From positions 128,001-192,000 of the forward strand of contig CAVRAG010000008.1 of NCBI GenBank assembly GCA_963718895.1: DNA of 64,000 nt. Reading direction: 5' to 3'. Numbering within the stretch: position 1 is the first letter of the stretch; each line of letters opens with the position of its first letter. Made by a program: the position numbers and the translations under genes. The notes under the pieces were generated by a model that had not been told where the DNA came from, did no database searches, and was given only the letters and a program-made list of their open reading frames with translations. Of the stretch, positions 59,915 to 64,000 are shown piece by piece. This stretch comes from an uncultured Nitrososphaerota archaeon (lineage in GTDB: Archaea > Thermoproteota > Nitrososphaeria > Nitrososphaerales > Gagatemarchaeaceae).

Positions 59915-62900
59915 TCTTTACCTCGACCTCCAGCTTCGAGCGGACGATCCTCGAGATGCCTCCGACCGCGTAGACCCCGTAGGTCACGTTGCTCTGGGCC
60001 ACCATGGTGTCCTTGAGCGAGACGACCATGATCTGGGCTCCGGCGGACCGCCCCCGGAAGAACTCGGCCAGATTCTTCGAGTTGTTCTGGTCGAGGTTCT
60101 GGTCGATCTCGTCGAACAGGTAGAACGGGTGCGGGTTGACCTTCTGGATCGCGAGGATCAGAGCGACGGCGGTCACGGACTTCTCTCCGCCAGACATGGA
60201 CGACGACTCCCAGTCTCCCTTCCCGCGGAAGTTACCCATGAGGAATATGCCCCCGGTGAACGCGTCGTCGGCGTTCTCCAGCTCCAGCCTGCCCTCGCCG
60301 TTTGTGAGCCTCTTGAAGGTCGCCGCGAACTCCGTGTTGATGGTCTCGAACGCAGACATGAAGACCTTCTTCTTCTCGGAGTCTATGTTCTCGATGAAGC
60401 GCACGATCGAGGTCCTCTCCCGCTCGAGCTCGTTGATGCGCTCCGAGAGGTGCCTGTAGTTGTCGTAGATTGCGGCGTACTCGCGCTCCGCGCTCTTGTT
60501 GACGAACTTCCCGAGGGCCTCGAACTCGAACTCCACCTGGGACAGCATCTGCTCGGAGCCCTCGAAGACCTCGAGGACATCGTCATAGCCATAGAAGCGC
60601 AACTGGCTGAGGTACTGGTCGACCTTCTCCTGCGTCGCGCCTGCCGCCTGCTGAAGAGAGAATATCTCCCGCTCTGTGCTGCTGGTGGACCTTTCAGCGG
60701 CGTTCCGCTCCTCCTCAAGCCTCTTGATCTTCGTGTTGAACTCGGCTATCACGGGCTGGCTGTTGCTCGACGACGAGAGGACCTTCTGAAGCTGAGCATC
60801 CAGGTCGATGAACCTCTTGTTGAGCTCGCCCTAACTCTCTCCTCCCGTTCTGGATGAAGAGCCTGTCGTCCTCGTACTTGAGCTCGGCGTTCTCGAGGTC
60901 GACCCTCACCCTCTGGTAGCTCGGCTCGAGCATCTCCTCGAGGTTCGACCTCTCCCGCGAATAGGAGAGGTGGACGTCCGAGACCCGGGAGCTCAGCTCG
61001 TTGAGCTGCAGGGTCAGGTCGCTCCTCGCACCCTCGAGCTCGATGAGCATCCTGTCGAGCTCGAGCGCGTCCCATTCCTTGAGGCCTGACTTCGAGGGAC
61101 CTCGCCTCTGCAGAGAGCGAGTCCCTCCTTGTCACGAGGGTCTGCTGTCGGCGCGTATACCTGTCTACGATCTTCTGCTGGTTGTCCCTGTCCTGCTTCT
61201 GGGATCGGAAGACCGCCCTGTATCTCTTGGTGAGTCGGGAGATGGTCTCAGCCTCTGCACCCATCGCCGCGACGGATGCGATCTTCTTGACCCTGTCCTT
61301 GCTCAGAACGCGACCGTCGGCCTCGAGGTTGGAGAGTACCTGCTTGCGCTTCTCAATCGCGGCCTTTAGCGCTCCCACGGCGCTCTCCACCTCGCCGATG
61401 TCCTCGATGTCCTCGAGACCCTGGAGGATGTTCGAGACGACGTCGTGCAGACCGTAGGCGAACGCCCTTCCTCCCAGCTCGAACACCTCCCCGTTGGGCG
61501 TCACAGTCCTGAATCCCTCGGAGGCCAGGACGTAGGCGATGGCCTCCGACTCGACCAGTACCGTGTCCCCGGCGATGAAGTTGACGAGGCCGCGGTATTG
61601 TCTGTCCGCCCTGAGGACCCCCGCCAGCGGCCCGATGACGCCGGCGGACCTCTCGACATCCATCGCGGGGGTCGACGAGACCTCTGAGAGCGGGATGACT
61701 GCGAACGACTTGATGTTGAGCCTCTTACCGGCCTTGATGACCGCCGTCATGGCGCGCACGTCGTCTACTAGGAACGCGTTCATCCACCGGTCCATCACCG
61801 CGGCGCACGCCCGGGAATACTGCGCCGGATAGCCGATTATCTGGTTGAGCACGCCGATGTACCCGTTGACCCCACCCTCCTCGCAGAGCTCTCTGAGACG
61901 CGAGTGTCCTATCCGGTCTCCCGAGAGCTCGTCGGTGAGCTCCTTCTTGACCTCGGTGAGCGCGACCTCACCTGAAGCCTTCTCAAGGACGCGGCCCGCG
62001 ACGTCGATGCTCCGGCCCAGGTCCGTCCGCCGCTTCTCCAGCTGCGTGAGGTTCTGGTCTATCTCGCCGAGCTCGTGGGCTGTCTTGGCCTGCAGGTCGA
62101 ACAGCTGCTTCGTGTTCGAGTCGAGCTTCTCCAGCAGCTCCCCGAAGTTCTTCAGTTTCAGATCAAGCTCGTCGAGCCTCTTCTTCTCGACGCTGAGGTT
62201 GGCGTTGACCACGTTCGCTTCGGAGTCGAGAGGAGATAGGCTTTGGTTGATCTCCGCCATCTTCTCCGCCGTCCTGTCGTTCTGCTTCCTCTTCTTCTCC
62301 ATGGTCGCCCTGAGCACCTCCTCTGCCTCCCTCACGTCCTCGAGCTGCGCCGCGACCTCCTTCCGTTTGGCCTCCAGCTTCTCCTCAGTCGAGCTCAGCG
62401 TCTCGACGGCAGATGTGGATGCCGTGATTGTCTTCTTCTTCTCGTTTAGGAGGACCCTGAGCGTGGGGATCGACTCTGTCTCGAGACGGCCCATGCTCTC
62501 CTCTCGCCTCTGCATCTCCGCTGTAAGCTGATCGAGCTTTATCTTGGTGGACTCCCTTTCGTCCCTCAGGAGGGTGGGCCCTTCGCCCCCTCCCTGGACG
62601 ACCTCGGTGATGAACTTCTCGCGTTCCTCCCCGACCGAGAGGATCCTAGCCTCGAACCCCTCCTTCCTCCTCCGGACTTCGTCGAGCTTCAGGAGCATCT
62701 CCTCCTCCTGTTTCCTGGTCGAGCCGAGCCTCTCGCGCAGTTCGGCTATCTTGCGCGAGGTCTGTACCGCGGTGAGCCACGCCACCTGCCCCTCGAGCTG
62801 GGAGTAGCGGACCAGGTCGTTCCTCTGCTCCTCGAGCCTCTCGAGCTGCGACTTCATCTCGCCCGTCCTCGCGAGCTCGATCTGGAGCTTCGTGTCGGCC

Positions 62901-63482
62901 TGATAGAGCTGCTTCTGCGCCTCGGCCTTCTTCTCGTCGAACCGCGCTATGCCGACGACCTCCTCGATCATCTTCCTCTTCTCGTCCGGGGTCTGGTCCG
63001 CCACCCTCGTCGCGGCTCCCTGTGGGATTATGTTGAGCCCGCTCGGGAGAGAGGCCCGAGACCTCGAGCAGGTCGGAGATCTCGCCCTTGGTGGTCTTCT
63101 TGCCGTTGAGGAAGTAGACGTTCTCGCCGTTGCTCCGGAGCTCCCTGGACACCGTGACGAGGTCGGTGTCGATGGGGATTTTCCGGTCAACGTTGTCGAA
63201 CTGTATCGTTGCTCGGCAGCTGGTCGGGCGCTCCTCCGAGTAGGCGGACTCCTCCCTCTCCTTCTTGGGGTCGTAGATGAGACCGGAGAGTCTGCCCTGC
63301 GCGGCCCTGAGCACTCGCGGGGAGTTCTCGCCCAGGGCGAAGAGTATCGCGTCCGCGATGTTCGACTTGCCGCTGCCGTTGGGGCCCGTCACGACGTTGA
63401 GCCCCTGCTCGAAGGCTATGGTCAGAGTCTTGGGGCCAAACGACTTGAAACCCTTAACCTCCAGCCTTCGAATAAAACCCAT
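59907..63482 (-). CDS. smc: Chromosome segregation protein SMC; frameshifts near 63044, 61093 and 60830
   Basis: GFKSF, GPNGSGKSN, coiled coils, hinge, MSGGEKS, FDEIDQNLD. Confidence 0.95.
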
Positions 63483-63648
63483 TCTTAGAAGCTCCAGTGA
63501 CATCTCGCACCGATATTATGCGATATAAGCATATCAAGGGCTGGACGTGAGGGAACCGCGCAGACCCCCCTGGGCGGAATGGCAGGGACGGAGGCGCGGA
63601 CCAGAGAACTTGCCGCGGTTCCGGAGTTTCGCTGAAACTTCTGTGATT

Positions 63649-64000
63649 CTACGCCGGCGTACCGCACTTGGTGCAGAACTTGGCACCGGGCCTGAGCGTG
63701 TTGCCGCAACTCCTGCAGAAGCTCGCACCGGCCACCGCAGGGACGGGAACGACGGGCGGGGGCGCCATCACCGCCGGCGCGGGAGCAGGCGCAGCGACCG
63801 GCTTATTCACAAGGGCGGCCGAGGGCTTGGGCTGCGGCGCCTCGCGCGTTATCACTATGTAGTCGCCGACTCCCATCACGCGGTCCATGGTGACCTGGGC
63901 CTCCGAGTTATCGTTCGCGAGCACGATCAGCACCACAGTGCCGTCCAGGCCGAAGGCGACGTCCTTGGCCTTGCCAAACGCCTTCCCCGAGACCTCGACG
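63649..64000 (-). CDS. PRC-barrel + C-terminal zinc ribbon protein (5' truncated)
   Basis: GKAFGKAKDVAF..VMGVGDYIVI; CRSCG..AKFCTKCG. Confidence 0.75.
   Translation of the reverse strand, partial: VEVSGKAFGKAKDVAFGLDGTVVLIVLANDNSEAQVTMDRVMGVGDYIVITREAPQPKPSAALVNKPVAAPAPAPAVMAPPPVVPVPAVAGASFCRSCGNTLRPGAKFCTKCGTPA

Noticed and set aside
13118-63482. Frameshifts in the deacetylase, polB, tyrS, degT, DUF92, herA, ggt, pyrD, srp19, scpA and smc genes as further introns, programmed frameshifts or pseudogenes
   Set aside because: Where examined, each resolves as a small (mostly 1-nt) indel with no inserted structured segment or slippery-site pattern. Several of the genes are essential, so sequencing error is most likely.

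Overview
A 64 kb GC-rich archaeal chromosome segment. Gene content (PolB1-type polymerase, rpS26e, rpS30e, TFEbeta/RPC34-like factor, GatDE, SMC-ScpAB, Nop5/fibrillarin) points to a TACK lineage, most likely a non-ammonia-oxidising Nitrososphaerota/Thaumarchaeota. It is mostly housekeeping: four aminoacyl-tRNA synthetases, tRNA/rRNA modification genes, a sulfur-relay cluster and an amine gamma-glutamylation-type catabolic cluster. The left end is the edge of an integrated element (tyrosine integrase plus Type IIG restriction-modification enzyme). Many single-base frameshifts look like long-read consensus errors. The main finding is in the RNase HII gene (rnhB): its active-site DEAGRG motif is interrupted by a 29-nt insertion that folds into a canonical bulge-helix-bulge (BHB) motif, and excision at the canonical sites exactly restores the reading frame. 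This candidate archaeal mRNA intron lies immediately downstream of a free-standing LAGLIDADG homing endonuclease whose stop codon overlaps the rnhB start, suggesting an intron + free-standing endonuclease 'collaborative homing' system. Also present: two LAGLIDADG inteins in PolB (one ending in Gln), a decayed HTH-LAGLIDADG-like gene beside rps26e, an operator array between nurA-herA-PC4 and three paralogous wHTH genes, a lysine-less GcvH-TusA fusion, and apparent ACG/ATA start codons.
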